From contig BOKM01000001.1 of NCBI GenBank assembly GCA_016860985.1, positions 984,040 to 1,048,039 on the forward strand: a DNA stretch of 64,000 nucleotides. The letters are read 5' to 3'. The position numbers were made by a program, and so were the translations under genes. The notes under the pieces are model-generated. The model saw only the letters and a list, made by a program, of their open reading frames with translations, had not been told where the DNA came from and made no database searches. Numbering within the stretch: position 1 is the stretch's first letter; each line of letters starts with the position of its first letter. Source of the stretch: Patescibacteria group bacterium (GTDB lineage Bacteria; Patescibacteriota; Dojkabacteria; GCA-002793355). Positions 18,645 to 29,912 of the stretch are shown here, one piece after another.

Positions 18645-19187
18645 ATGGAAGAAAAAATATTGGTACTTGCCTACCCAGGTTCAGGAAAGACATATCTGGC
18701 AGATCACTATGAAAATGTGAGCGATTTTGAGTTTCAACATTATCGCTATGATTATGGCGAGTTTAAGCATCTTCCTCTCGAGCAGCTAAAAGGGAGAACC
18801 GAAATTCGAACAAATAATCCTCATTGGCCAGGCAATTTTTTTAAAGCTCTGGAAGAAGAACTAGAAAAAGGGAGAATAGTTGTCGTTCCGTTCGCGACTT
18901 CGCTGCTTGAAATACTTGATTTTCTTGAAGCTTCGAGTGGGGTCAGAATAATCTTCGCAATTCAAGATAAAGACTCCTTTGAGCAATTAGCAGTAAGTTT
19001 CAAAAATAGAGGCAACAGTGCCGAGTTTATAGAACGAAGGCGGAATGATTTTCAGAAGTGCCATGAAATAATTGCTCATTCTAAATATGAAAAAGTCTAC
19101 ATAAATACGAACGAGTTTTTGAGTGATGCACTCTCGAAAATTGGTGTGGTTTTTAAGAAAGGAACGGGTGTTAAGAATTATTTCTAG
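18645..19187 (+). CDS. P-loop kinase-like protein
   Basis: AYPGSGKT Walker A near the N-terminus. Confidence 0.6.
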   Translation: MEEKILVLAYPGSGKTYLADHYENVSDFEFQHYRYDYGEFKHLPLEQLKGRTEIRTNNPHWPGNFFKALEEELEKGRIVVVPFATSLLEILDFLEASSGVRIIFAIQDKDSFEQLAVSFKNRGNSAEFIERRRNDFQKCHEIIAHSKYEKVYINTNEFLSDALSKIGVVFKKGTGVKNYF

Positions 19188-19223
19188 CCGATATAAATAT
19201 TCTCACAAATTTTGTGTCTTGAC

Positions 19224-20324
19224 CTAGTTTTCTAGATAGTAGCTACGAAACGAATCAACCGTCTGAAAACGCTTTATATCGACGTTAAGCCTAACGTAAT
19301 TTGCTTCCCATCTGTCAAGTGCGATATCAAATTGAGATGCGTTGTTTTTGAGATTGTGTGCGTCATAGTTTGATAGCAATTCTATTGGGGGTACATCGTA
19401 TCCGGAAGCCATTTCGTCATAAAAAGTTTGGCAACTTGCCATTGTTTTAAATGACAAATAATAGTCGTTAGTTGAAACTGCAAAAAACATTTTGTTCCTC
19501 CAATTCGAGTAGATTTCTTCATAAGTTCCTTTTAGCTGTTCGGCCGAAATAGATTTCCTTGGGTTAATGTTTGTTGTTGTTGACTGCTTGTTGAGAGTTA
19601 ATACTGCCGAACTTATGTTCAGAAACTCAGCGAACTGATCGAGCATCACCTGCAACGTGGTCGTAAGCTTGGGTATGGAACCTTCTCTAAACAAGCTCGC
19701 GTACAGCTCAGTGAACCCTTCTGGTTTGGCACTCATCGCAGCTATCTCTTCTGGAATTCGCCGTACACCTCTTTTGATATATGTATTGTTAAAAAAATAC
19801 AAACAATACTCTATTTTCTCAGTTAGCCGGTGAAGCAACCTGAACATCTCTCCTCGTGTATTTACTGTTTGAATTTTTTGCATAAGCAAGAATCCGTCTC
19901 TGGCTGCGCTAATTGCTTTTTCCTTATTTTCATCAGTATTTCGTAATTTTCTTTCCGCATGTGTCCGTAAACCCAAATATTGCTGCCATACCTTTTCGTT
20001 TTTAATGTACATAGGAGTAAGTTCGAAAAGTTTTGCAATAAATGGGTCAGAATATTCACTCATTTGTACCAATCTATTCCAAGGAGTGATGTAAAAATCG
20101 TAACCGATATCCTTTAGGATAAAACAGGTTGCAAGTTTCTTTGCATGTGAGTCATCTGAAATAATGCATAGATCTAAATCAGATTTTTCATGAAAATCAC
20201 CAGTCTGATAAGAACCGACAATTCCAAGCAAATCAATAGAATGTGGTGACGTTCGAGCTTCTTTTTCTAAAACTATATCGATAAGTTCTTTATTACGTGT
20301 CACCAACAGATTTGAGTCGACCAT
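19224..20324 (-). CDS. Nucleotidyltransferase (Pol-beta superfamily) domain protein
   Basis: GSYQTGDFHEKSDLD motif plus helical C-terminal region. Confidence 0.7.
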   Translation of the reverse strand: MVDSNLLVTRNKELIDIVLEKEARTSPHSIDLLGIVGSYQTGDFHEKSDLDLCIISDDSHAKKLATCFILKDIGYDFYITPWNRLVQMSEYSDPFIAKLFELTPMYIKNEKVWQQYLGLRTHAERKLRNTDENKEKAISAARDGFLLMQKIQTVNTRGEMFRLLHRLTEKIEYCLYFFNNTYIKRGVRRIPEEIAAMSAKPEGFTELYASLFREGSIPKLTTTLQVMLDQFAEFLNISSAVLTLNKQSTTTNINPRKSISAEQLKGTYEEIYSNWRNKMFFAVSTNDYYLSFKTMASCQTFYDEMASGYDVPPIELLSNYDAHNLKNNASQFDIALDRWEANYVRLNVDIKRFQTVDSFRSYYLEN

Positions 20325-20384
20325 TGTGTATGGTAGCAATTTTTTTTCTTTTTGTAATTCTACTCTTTTCCGCTACAATGCATG

Positions 20385-21530
20385 ATGTTTGATGGACGTG
20401 AGCCCACACGAAGCAATAAGAATGATAATTTACATCAACGTGTCCCAGTTACACAAGAATCACGAGAAACTACTGTTCAATCAGTTAAAAATCGTGCAGT
20501 AAAGAGGCTTATTCTTGCGGTCACTGCTGTTACTCTTGTTGCTTGTCAGACCATTGATCAAATGCAACCACAACTTCCTGCGGTAGTTGCCGAAACACAG
20601 CCCCCAACGTTCATCGTCCCCTCACCCACCCTTACCCCATTTCAGCCCTCTGAACCAACTGCTACTGTACTTGCGCCTCCGATTCTTGAACAGCCGGTAA
20701 TTGAAACACCTTTCCCCGTTATTGTTGAGGCTCAACCGACCTTAGCTGAGCAAGTTGATCAAGATCCTTCGTTTTTAGATAAAAACTCGTACATATATCG
20801 AAATCCTACTGAAGTCATGTTTACACCTGAACGTGCAACAACAGTAGCCAACGAGATGCTACAGCGACTTATTGCCTTGGGGCTTGTCCAGGATTCTGGT
20901 GAACCAGTAACTGTACGATTTGAACCTCGCAGAGAGGGTGTAAAATGCGAAACTTTTGCATATAAGAGAGAGATCGTTTGCCATGATTCGGATCTCTTAT
21001 TTCAGAAGCCTGATGCTAGTTTGGTTTTTCACGAATTAACACATCTTGTACAAAAAGGTGCCGAAGTCTCAAGAAATAAGGAGTTGAGAGCTGCTATGAA
21101 TGCATATATTCTATCTGGCAGAGATAATCGAATTTACGATCGTTATCTCTTTATTCTGAAGTACCCGGTAAATGGTCAGGAATATATATTTTCGGCATCA
21201 AATTTTGTACAGGCAATGGAGGCACAAGGAATTAATGAAGTACAGATGCTTTTGTACGGATTTGACAGCACAATCGGAGCAACCGAAATGAATGCAGCGA
21301 TGATTCGGTGGGTATCGACATTAAGCGATATGTCAGGTAATGCACCCTTCCTTATTGATAGTACTTATCTTGAGGGAATGAACTTCCAATATCAATTTCT
21401 TGATGGAATCTACGGAATAAACCCATACAATGGAGATCCAGCCTTAACACCTGAAACTCAGTTCGATATGTGTCGTTCCAATAACTATAACCCAGCGGAT
21501 ATAGGGCCTCATTGTGTACTCATTCGATAA
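20385..21530 (+). CDS. Putative lipoprotein with Pro/Thr-rich linker and HExxH motif
   Basis: LVAC lipobox, FHELTH. Confidence 0.55.
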   Translation: MFDGREPTRSNKNDNLHQRVPVTQESRETTVQSVKNRAVKRLILAVTAVTLVACQTIDQMQPQLPAVVAETQPPTFIVPSPTLTPFQPSEPTATVLAPPILEQPVIETPFPVIVEAQPTLAEQVDQDPSFLDKNSYIYRNPTEVMFTPERATTVANEMLQRLIALGLVQDSGEPVTVRFEPRREGVKCETFAYKREIVCHDSDLLFQKPDASLVFHELTHLVQKGAEVSRNKELRAAMNAYILSGRDNRIYDRYLFILKYPVNGQEYIFSASNFVQAMEAQGINEVQMLLYGFDSTIGATEMNAAMIRWVSTLSDMSGNAPFLIDSTYLEGMNFQYQFLDGIYGINPYNGDPALTPETQFDMCRSNNYNPADIGPHCVLIR

Positions 21531-21550
21531 AACAAGGAGTATAATGCACC

Positions 21551-22738
21551 ATGCTCTCAAAAGTTACAAAGCAAAATGTGATTGCTTGTTACATAAGTGA
21601 TGCAATTTTAGGTACTTTTTTTCAGCTTCCGATTTGGATTGTGTACCAATCGCAGTTCCTTAGTTTTGAGCAAATTGCATTTTATGCCGGATTGGCGCTT
21701 TTGGTCGAGGTTTTAATGCAGTTGCCAACAGGAGCTTTTGCAGATTTATTCGGCCGAAGTCTTTCACTATCTCTTGGTAATCTTTTCATGGCAATTCCAA
21801 TGTTTCTTATCGCCTTTTTCCCTAGGCCAGAAATTATGTTTGCGTATGCCATCATTTGGGGAATTGGAAGAGCGTTTACGATGGGAACTAATAAGCCAAT
21901 GGTCTATGATTCGCTTATTGAAGATAACGAGGTTGAACAATTTGGCTCAATATCAAGCAAATCGTTAGTAATTTTCCAAGTTTCTGGAGCAATATCAATC
22001 GCACTCGGTGGTTATCTATATCTAATGCATCCAACGTTCCCATATATTGTATCTGGGGTGTTTTCTTTAATAGGAGTAATTACTTCGTTTCTATTTGTTG
22101 AACCAAAAATAAAGCGGGAACGTTTTCATTTGCAAAATTTTATCAAAAAGAATACTGCTGGATTCGTAGAAATTTTTAAGACTTCACAAATAGCTAGACT
22201 GACTATTCTCTTTTCTTTGCTTTTGGGCATTGCTAATGTAAACCAACAGTTCTTTGTGCAGCCCTACATGCTTGAGCTTGGCATGAGCGATTTAGAAAGG
22301 AGCTGGGTTGCAATGGGGATAAAAATCGGCATTGCATTGATTGGCGCGTACGTAATGTCATTAAAAAGAATTTCGAAGAGCAGGTATTTTTTGTTTGTGA
22401 TTCCACTAATAATGATTGCGAGCTTGCTTCCTGCGAGTGTCGTCACGTTACCTGTTGCGTACATGTTGTTTGTTGGTATTGCCTTTACTTCCGGAAATAC
22501 GAACCTTTTCTTTTCTCCGGAGTACAATCGTCACATTGACTCCAAAGTCCGTAGCACGGCAGTATCGGCTCAGAAAATGATTGCCTCGTTTGTTGGTGCA
22601 GTGGTTCAATGGATAAGTGCACCAATTGTTGCGGCACAGTCGGTTGGAGTGTTTTACTCATATCTCGGTATCTTTACGTTAGTCATTCTCATTCCGCTCA
22701 CGTGGAGTGTTTTTAGACAACAAACTCGTAGTTTATAA
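21551..22738 (+). CDS. MFS transporter
   Basis: About 12 TMs; PTGAFADLFGR motif A. Confidence 0.9.
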   Translation: MLSKVTKQNVIACYISDAILGTFFQLPIWIVYQSQFLSFEQIAFYAGLALLVEVLMQLPTGAFADLFGRSLSLSLGNLFMAIPMFLIAFFPRPEIMFAYAIIWGIGRAFTMGTNKPMVYDSLIEDNEVEQFGSISSKSLVIFQVSGAISIALGGYLYLMHPTFPYIVSGVFSLIGVITSFLFVEPKIKRERFHLQNFIKKNTAGFVEIFKTSQIARLTILFSLLLGIANVNQQFFVQPYMLELGMSDLERSWVAMGIKIGIALIGAYVMSLKRISKSRYFLFVIPLIMIASLLPASVVTLPVAYMLFVGIAFTSGNTNLFFSPEYNRHIDSKVRSTAVSAQKMIASFVGAVVQWISAPIVAAQSVGVFYSYLGIFTLVILIPLTWSVFRQQTRSL

Positions 22739-22758
22739 AGTACATGCTAAAATAGATC

Positions 22759-23223
22759 ATGGATTCACTTAAACAACAAATCTTCGAATATCTCGGCACG
22801 CAGCGCTTAATGTCAGTTGCAACATATAACGAAAAGCCGTGGATCGCGAATGTGTATTATGTTCATGACAATAATTTGAATTTGTATTTCTTAAGTAAAC
22901 GCACACGAGAACATTGTGTGGCTATCGAAGCTAATTCTTCAGTTGCTGTCGCAATTGCAGACTCTCACCAGCCGTTAAAACCTCCACAACTTGGGATACA
23001 GCTCTATGGAACAGCAGAAAGGGTTCAATTGTTAGAACAATTGCAATGGATGTTCAAAATGTGGAACAAACTAATTGCGCCTGATGTCACAGAGTATCTG
23101 GATAACCCAAAACAGTTTTTGGACTCAGGGTTGTCGTCGGTTTACAAAATTACTCCAAAACGAATCAAGTTTTTTAATACGGGGCTTTGGCCAAAAGACC
23201 AGTGCAAAGTACTAGATTTTTAG
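22759..23223 (+). CDS. Pyridoxamine 5'-phosphate oxidase-like FMN-binding protein
   Basis: MSVAT...PW, LYFLS...H and GIQLYG motifs. Confidence 0.8.
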   Translation: MDSLKQQIFEYLGTQRLMSVATYNEKPWIANVYYVHDNNLNLYFLSKRTREHCVAIEANSSVAVAIADSHQPLKPPQLGIQLYGTAERVQLLEQLQWMFKMWNKLIAPDVTEYLDNPKQFLDSGLSSVYKITPKRIKFFNTGLWPKDQCKVLDF

Positions 23224-23227
23224 GTAA

Positions 23228-23800
23228 ATGATCTTAATCCACATGGACAGAGAAGTGAAAAACAACAGCGTTCGAGTTGTAGAAAACGCTGTTGCTCCAA
23301 CTGCTTCATCTCTTTTTGCTATGATTAGGCAAATTGGAGCAGAAGGAAGTGTCGTTCTGGAAAATGGATTTAAATACGATGAAAATGTTTCTCCTTTGAT
23401 TAGAACAGTAATCGATTTTTGGAGAGTGGTTGAGGCGAATAGTGACTCGAATCCCGAGAAATTCCAGCACGGTTTCAAGTCGTTCAACGCATGGGAAGAA
23501 GCTATAGAAGGATTCGGAATGGCATCTCCGGGACTCCTATTTGCCTATATTGTTGATAAGTATACACTTGCCAAGCTAATAGATAAACAAGATCAAAGTG
23601 GGAAACTCTCAACAACAACGCGAGCAGCAATCCAATTTTCACGGTTCATGCTTTATTTCTCTTTAAGTCAGTTTTCGTATCATGAAATTTCCACAAAAAT
23701 TGGCCCTAAATTACACGAGATACTCAATGTAGGGGATGTCCCCTTTTCATTAGAAACCGTTTTGAAATTGTTCGAAAATCTTAGAGATTTTATTTTCTAA
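23228..23800 (+). CDS. Hypothetical protein
   Basis: 190-aa ORF filling the gap; no recognised motif. Confidence 0.55.
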   Translation: MILIHMDREVKNNSVRVVENAVAPTASSLFAMIRQIGAEGSVVLENGFKYDENVSPLIRTVIDFWRVVEANSDSNPEKFQHGFKSFNAWEEAIEGFGMASPGLLFAYIVDKYTLAKLIDKQDQSGKLSTTTRAAIQFSRFMLYFSLSQFSYHEISTKIGPKLHEILNVGDVPFSLETVLKLFENLRDFIF

Positions 23801-23821
23801 CCCAAACTGAAAAGGATTGAG

Positions 23822-24850
23822 CTATTTTTTCTTCTCTACTGGGCTGTTTGATCCATTGTAAAGAACATAATCGGCAACTTCTGGTACAGATTTGTTGAGC
23901 AACACAAGTCTAGTTGATTGTTGGAATACTTGTTGATCGCTTGAGGCAGTACCTGAATATACTCCTGCATTAATCATAGCCATTTGGAATATGGGGAGCT
24001 CATGCTGAGCATTTACTGTCGGGTCAGCGGTAACGCTAACATCAACATACGGAACGATTGCGGGATCTGTCGCCTTAAGTAAGGGTTTGACACGGTAAGA
24101 GGAGATGCCGGAGCCAACGGTTTCTACTCCGAAGCAATAGTCACCTAATTTTGTTGCTTTTCCTGGAACAGTATCGTTAAGGTTTGCATCGACGATTACT
24201 TCCCTACAATCGGTCTTCTTAGTAATCTTCATAGTCGCGGGTAAGCAGTTTGAAGTCGCTGGTGCTGCATTTACGTCAATCAAACACTCACCAAGTACCT
24301 GTAAGCCAGAAGCACTTCGAATAAATCCTTTGACGAGTAGCTTTGAATCAGTAACGTTATAAGAAGGATTGGCTTTCAAATGAATAATTGCTTTTGAATT
24401 TGCTGCGGATGCTGGTGTCGTTGATCCTGTTCCGGTCGGTGGTGCCATAAATACTTCTAGGTTCTCGCTATCAAACAACTTAAACTGCACAATCATTTTA
24501 TAATAGCCGACTTGTGCAATACTGTTTGCATCACACTGATTCTCAATATCCGTTGCTTCTGGGTCACATAGACCAAGTGTGGTCATTCCTGTTTGATCTT
24601 TTGAGCTGATAGAAAAAAGTGCTGTTGGGCTTGAGGGGTTTGGTGATAATTGACCGTTTTGAAGTTGGAGTGTGATATTTTCTACTGCTGCTTCTGAAAA
24701 TGTTTCGGCTCTTGTTGATGCACGCTCTTCACCTTGCTGTCTAATATCTTGCACTACCCTATTTGTGATGGAAAATGCAACGATAACAGATACGACAACG
24801 ATGATTAAAACGAGTGCTAATGCTTGCCCTTTTGCGCGGAGTTGTTTCAT
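23822..24850 (-). CDS. PilX-like minor pilin/pilus-associated protein
   Basis: KGQALALVLIIVVV class III-like signal; paired Cys. Confidence 0.65.
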   Translation of the reverse strand: MKQLRAKGQALALVLIIVVVSVIVAFSITNRVVQDIRQQGEERASTRAETFSEAAVENITLQLQNGQLSPNPSSPTALFSISSKDQTGMTTLGLCDPEATDIENQCDANSIAQVGYYKMIVQFKLFDSENLEVFMAPPTGTGSTTPASAANSKAIIHLKANPSYNVTDSKLLVKGFIRSASGLQVLGECLIDVNAAPATSNCLPATMKITKKTDCREVIVDANLNDTVPGKATKLGDYCFGVETVGSGISSYRVKPLLKATDPAIVPYVDVSVTADPTVNAQHELPIFQMAMINAGVYSGTASSDQQVFQQSTRLVLLNKSVPEVADYVLYNGSNSPVEKKK

Positions 24851-24980
24851 AGAAATACTGTATTGATTTTTACGCATATTGTCAATTGTCAGTGTGATAT
24901 TTTTGCACTTGCGAACGCTGAAATGTTAGGTATACTATGCGCATACATAATATCAGTCTGCATTGTGGCTCTGCGCGAGC

Positions 24981-26417
24981 ATGAAAATTTGTATTATTGA
25001 CGATGCTGACCCTTCAAGTCAGCAATTCCCTTATGTCCCCGAAAAATATTTGGAGGGTCATACTTGGGAGAAGCATTTGGTAACAAAGGGCAATGCAGTA
25101 CTCACCATAAAGCAACTTGCAACAAAGGGTTTTGATGTCTTTCTTAATCTTTGTTGTGGCGCCTTCGACGAAGATAGCCCCGGAATAGAAGTGGTACAGG
25201 CCTTGGAGCGATTTGACTGTGCCTTTACAGGTGCAGATCAACTCTTTTACGAACCTACGCGTGAGTCAATGAAGATGGTTTGCGAAGCAAATGGGTTGGC
25301 CTTTCCTAAAGGTGTGCAGATACGAACCAAAGAGGAGGTATTTGAAGCAGTAAAAGGGTTAAAGTTTCCACTCTTGGTTAAACACTCAAATAGTTACGCG
25401 AGTGTAGGCCTTACTCCTCAATCAAAAGTTGAGAATGAACAAGAGCTACTTGTGCAAGTTAATCGAATGCTCGAACTGTTCGGTACCTGCCTTGTTGAAG
25501 AGTTCATCGACGGTAAGGAATATTCTGTTCTAATTGCAGAGAATCCAGACAATTATGATGATCCAGTGGTGTTCACTCCTATTGAGGTTGTATTCGCGGG
25601 CGGTGAAACGTTTAAGCATGAATCACTAAAATGGGTGGATTATAATAAAATCTCCACGAAGCCGGTTTTCGAACCAGAATTAAAAACGAAACTCGAATAC
25701 ATGGGGAAGATTGTCTTTACTCAACTTCATGGAACTGGATATGGACGATGTGATATAAGATGCGACCAAAATGGTGTCCCTCACCTTTTGGAAATCAATC
25801 CAAACGGTGCAGTTTTTTATCCAAAAGAAGATCCTGGAACTGCAGATCATATTCTTCAGCTTGAGCCAGATGGTCACAATCGATTTATGGATTTGTTGTT
25901 GAGGTCTGCCCTTTCTCAGCGTGAAAAACGAAGGAGAGGATTTGAAGTGAGATATAGGCCTACTTCGGGGTTTGGTCTGTACGCAACTAAAAATTACGAG
26001 GTGGGAGCAGCAGTTATATCTTTGGAACAACTTCCGCACCAACTTATTTCACGTGCAGTACTTGCTTCAAAAACAGAGGAAAAGCAAGAGCGAGTGTTTG
26101 CAACGTCATTCCCACTCTCGGATACTTTGTTCTATACGCCTGCCTATAATCCTGAGGAATGGCATCCAATAAATCACTCCTGTGATCCTTCACTGTGGTT
26201 TGAACCAGGAACACTCATGCTTATTGCTCGACGAGCGATTACTGCAGGTGAGGAATTATCCTTGGATTACGGCATGTTATTTACAGAAGAACTTCCAAGT
26301 TTTGACTGCCCTTGTGGAACTGAAAACTGCCGTAAGGTAATTCGCGGTAGCGATTATAAACTTCCTGAATGTATAAACTACGGAAATCACCGTTCGCCAT
26401 ACATACTGAGTCTCTAG
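24981..26417 (+). CDS. D-Ala-D-Ala ligase-like ATP-grasp + SET/post-SET fusion
   Basis: VEEFIDGKE, GRCDIR, LEINPN; GFGLYA, INHSCDP, ELSLDY, CPCGTENCR. Confidence 0.85.
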   Translation: MKICIIDDADPSSQQFPYVPEKYLEGHTWEKHLVTKGNAVLTIKQLATKGFDVFLNLCCGAFDEDSPGIEVVQALERFDCAFTGADQLFYEPTRESMKMVCEANGLAFPKGVQIRTKEEVFEAVKGLKFPLLVKHSNSYASVGLTPQSKVENEQELLVQVNRMLELFGTCLVEEFIDGKEYSVLIAENPDNYDDPVVFTPIEVVFAGGETFKHESLKWVDYNKISTKPVFEPELKTKLEYMGKIVFTQLHGTGYGRCDIRCDQNGVPHLLEINPNGAVFYPKEDPGTADHILQLEPDGHNRFMDLLLRSALSQREKRRRGFEVRYRPTSGFGLYATKNYEVGAAVISLEQLPHQLISRAVLASKTEEKQERVFATSFPLSDTLFYTPAYNPEEWHPINHSCDPSLWFEPGTLMLIARRAITAGEELSLDYGMLFTEELPSFDCPCGTENCRKVIRGSDYKLPECINYGNHRSPYILSL

Positions 26418-26465
26418 TTCGTATTTGCTGTTTGTCAGTTCTTGACGACAGGACTAGAATAGAAA

Positions 26466-27941
26466 ATGGCCATAAAGAAAATTGTTATTCTTCATTCTAA
26501 CGATATTCATGGTGATTTTCTCGCAGAGACGCAAGAAGGACTCAGCGAAGCTCAGGTTGGAGGACTTTCCTTGCTATCCGGCTACGTAAATCATGTAAGA
26601 AAAGAGGAGCAAAATGTTCTTTTTGTCATCTCAGGGGATATGTTGCAAGGTTCGATGATAGATACTGAGTACAAAGGAATCTCAACAATGGAGATTATGA
26701 ATTACCTCTCTCCAGATGTTGTAACACTCGGAAATCATGAGTTTGATTATGGACTACCACACCTGCTGTTTTTAGAAAAGCTTGCTAATTTTCCAATTGT
26801 AAATGCAAATCTTTATATCAAAGGATTTGGTAAAAGATTAATGAAGCCCTACCATATAGTTAACATAGACGGAATGGAGATTTTGTTTACAGGGATCATA
26901 ACCGAGAGCGTTATTGATTCCTTAAAGCAAGATAATCTTGTGGGAAGTTTTGTAACGCTTGAAGATGCAGCAAAAGAAATCGAAGACATTGCGCGCGCCT
27001 ATAAGCATACAGATATTGACCTCACGGTGGTTCTCTCTCATATTGGATTTGAATCAGATAAAGAATTGGCCGAATTACTTTCGCCTAAAGCGGGTGTAGA
27101 TTTGGTTATTGGAGGACATTCGCACACGAAGCTGACTCAGGCGGTGAGTATAAATAATATTTTGATAGCGCAAGCAGGCCACGGAACCAATAACATTGGT
27201 CGATTTGAGCTTTGGGTTGATGACGAAACAAACAGTGTGGTGAGCCACAAGTGGGAGTTGGTTGAACTTTCAAGCGCGACTGTGGTTCCTGACGAGAAAC
27301 TTGCTACCTTTATAAATACTTTTAAAGAGAACGTTGATAAGAAATACAATGCAGTACTCAGTACTTTTACGTCGATTGCAACGCACCCAAACCGTACTTT
27401 TGAATCAAGTCTCGGAAATATATATGCAGATGCTTTCGCCGAAATTGCCGGAGTTGATATGTGTTTTGTAGGAAGTGGCTCGATTCGAGTTCAAGAGCTA
27501 GGACCAACTGTTACACTTTACAATTTTCTGGATTCGTTTCCATATGATGATTCGCTGCAGCGCTTTACGTTGACAGGTGCTAATGTTCTGAAAATCTTTG
27601 CTAGATTCATGAGAAATGAGAATCGAAGTGGCGAAGGGGAATGCTATCAAGTAAGTAAGGGTATTGACGCTCAGTATGATACGCATAGTAATAAGCTCGA
27701 CCGAGTGACATTTAAAGGAAAAAGTATCGACCCAGACGCCCAATATTCTGTAGCTTTTCAAGGATATCATGTATCGTCGTGCGAAAAATTTTTAGGATTA
27801 ACATTTGAAGAACTTACGCAATTTGCACCTGTTAAGGTTATTACAGCTTCTGCGCAAGAGCTTTTGAAGGAGTACCTGAGGGTTCATCAAAGATTGTGTC
27901 CATCGGTAGAAGGAAGATTACGGTACCTTCCTGAAACTTAA
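26466..27941 (+). CDS. Bifunctional metallophosphatase/5'-nucleotidase (no signal peptide)
   Basis: NDIHG, GD, GNHEFDYG and GGHSH motifs. Confidence 0.9.
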   Translation: MAIKKIVILHSNDIHGDFLAETQEGLSEAQVGGLSLLSGYVNHVRKEEQNVLFVISGDMLQGSMIDTEYKGISTMEIMNYLSPDVVTLGNHEFDYGLPHLLFLEKLANFPIVNANLYIKGFGKRLMKPYHIVNIDGMEILFTGIITESVIDSLKQDNLVGSFVTLEDAAKEIEDIARAYKHTDIDLTVVLSHIGFESDKELAELLSPKAGVDLVIGGHSHTKLTQAVSINNILIAQAGHGTNNIGRFELWVDDETNSVVSHKWELVELSSATVVPDEKLATFINTFKENVDKKYNAVLSTFTSIATHPNRTFESSLGNIYADAFAEIAGVDMCFVGSGSIRVQELGPTVTLYNFLDSFPYDDSLQRFTLTGANVLKIFARFMRNENRSGEGECYQVSKGIDAQYDTHSNKLDRVTFKGKSIDPDAQYSVAFQGYHVSSCEKFLGLTFEELTQFAPVKVITASAQELLKEYLRVHQRLCPSVEGRLRYLPET

Positions 27942-27989
27942 AATTGTAGGTTTGTAATCGGATTGCGAAAATGATATAATCCGCAAGTT

Positions 27990-29879
27990 ATGACTGACCA
28001 AGCCCATATTCGCAATGTAGCAATTATCGCGCACGTCGATCACGGTAAAACGTCTCTCGTCGATGCACTTATGAAGCAATCACACTTGTTTCGCGATAAC
28101 CAAAAAGAAATGAACGAGAATCTTATTCTCGATTTTAACGAGCTTGAGCGTGAGAAAGGTATCACTATTCAAGCAAAAAACATCTCAATTCCCTACCAAG
28201 ATTACAAAATCAATATTATTGATACCCCAGGGCACGCAGACTTTGGTGGCGAAGTTGAGCGAACCCTTACAATGGCAGACGGAGTTATACTATTAATCGA
28301 TGCACAAGAAGGACCAATGCCTCAGACTCGTTTCGTTTTGAAACGTGCACTTGAATTGCAATTAAAACCAATTCTTATCATTAACAAAATCGACAAGTCA
28401 CATGCAGATCCAAAACGCGCACTCGATAAGGCAAATGACCTGTTTTTGATGCTTGCAAAGCGTGATGAAGATCTAGAATTTCCTACTTTGTATGCAATTG
28501 GACGTGAAGGAAAAGTCTGGAAGCAAATTCCAGAAGGAGATCCTTCAACATGGGCAAAATTGCCTGGCGATATTACGCCAATTTTAGAAACAATCGTTGA
28601 GCACATTCCCGCACCAAAGGGCGATAAAACCGAGCCGTTTATGATGCAAGTCGCCTCAATGGATTACGACACTCATGTTGGTCGCTCACTTATTGGTCGT
28701 ATTCGACGCGGAGAAGCAAAAAGAGGAGATCCAATTGTTCTTCTCTTACCAAACCAAAAAGGCGAAGTTGAAAAATTCAAAGGTAAAATAGAAAAGTTAC
28801 AAACACGTATTGGACTTGAATTTAAAGATGTTGACCTTGCAACAACGGGTGACATTATTTCGATTTCAGGCATTGATGTTAGTGCAATCGGAGGAACAGT
28901 TTGTTCACCAGAAAAAGAAGAGGTTCTTCCATCTATCAAAATTTCAAACCCTTCAGTACAAATTACGTTTGAAGCAAATACGTCTCCATATGCTGGAAAA
29001 GAAGGCAAATTCGTGACAATGAAGCTTTTGCAGCAACGATTAGATTATGAAAAAGAGATAAACGTTGGTTTGACTATTAAGAAAATCGATGAGGGGCGCT
29101 GCTCAGTAGCAGGTCGAGGGGAACTTCAACTTGCAATTCTTATTGAAACACTCCGAAGAGAAGGTTATGAATTCCAAGTTCGACGACCTGAAGTCGTTTT
29201 GCAAGAGATTGACAAAGTTACTTGTGAACCAGTCGAAGAGCTCTTCATTGATGTTCCAGACGAATACGCCGGTGAAATCACCCAAATAGTGAGCAAGCGA
29301 AAAGGAGAACTTATCAGTATGGACTCAGAAAATGGTCAAACAAAGTTCATGTATAAGATTCTGACCAGAAACCTACTTGGAATTAGAACGGTAATGCTTA
29401 CCTCTACAAAGGGAAACGTTATCATGGCAAACTATCTTTCTGCTTATGTGCCATATACAAAACAGGCTGACCTTTTCAGAAAAGGTGTATTGATTGCGAC
29501 CGAAACAGGCGACGCAACCAGTTATGCTCTCAACATGTGTCAGGAACGAGGCGAATTGTTTGTACAACCTGCAGACAAAATTTACGAGGGCATGATTGTA
29601 GGAGTCAACAAATTCCAAGAAGATATCGAGGTCAATGCTGTAAGAGCAAAACATGCTACAAACATTCGTTCAGCTACCGCAGATGCTGGAATCAAGCTAA
29701 AACCTCCAGTACAGCTTTCAATCGAGTTTGCGCTCGCATTCTTGGCAAAAGACGAGATGCTTGAAGTTACTCCTCAAAATCTACGATTGAGAAAGATTCA
29801 CCTTTCTAAAACCGCCCGTGATGTGCAAAAGCGCAAGGACAGAAACCTTGATGCTGATGCATCTCGACAAACGGGCTAG
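27990..29879 (+). CDS. typA: Translational GTPase TypA/BipA
   Basis: [33 protein letters not shown] and EVTP motifs. Confidence 0.95.
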   Translation: MTDQAHIRNVAIIAHVDHGKTSLVDALMKQSHLFRDNQKEMNENLILDFNELEREKGITIQAKNISIPYQDYKINIIDTPGHADFGGEVERTLTMADGVILLIDAQEGPMPQTRFVLKRALELQLKPILIINKIDKSHADPKRALDKANDLFLMLAKRDEDLEFPTLYAIGREGKVWKQIPEGDPSTWAKLPGDITPILETIVEHIPAPKGDKTEPFMMQVASMDYDTHVGRSLIGRIRRGEAKRGDPIVLLLPNQKGEVEKFKGKIEKLQTRIGLEFKDVDLATTGDIISISGIDVSAIGGTVCSPEKEEVLPSIKISNPSVQITFEANTSPYAGKEGKFVTMKLLQQRLDYEKEINVGLTIKKIDEGRCSVAGRGELQLAILIETLRREGYEFQVRRPEVVLQEIDKVTCEPVEELFIDVPDEYAGEITQIVSKRKGELISMDSENGQTKFMYKILTRNLLGIRTVMLTSTKGNVIMANYLSAYVPYTKQADLFRKGVLIATETGDATSYALNMCQERGELFVQPADKIYEGMIVGVNKFQEDIEVNAVRAKHATNIRSATADAGIKLKPPVQLSIEFALAFLAKDEMLEVTPQNLRLRKIHLSKTARDVQKRKDRNLDADASRQTG

Positions 29880-29912
29880 TTGCCTCAGCTCTTCTATCTG
29901 CTATACTTTCAG

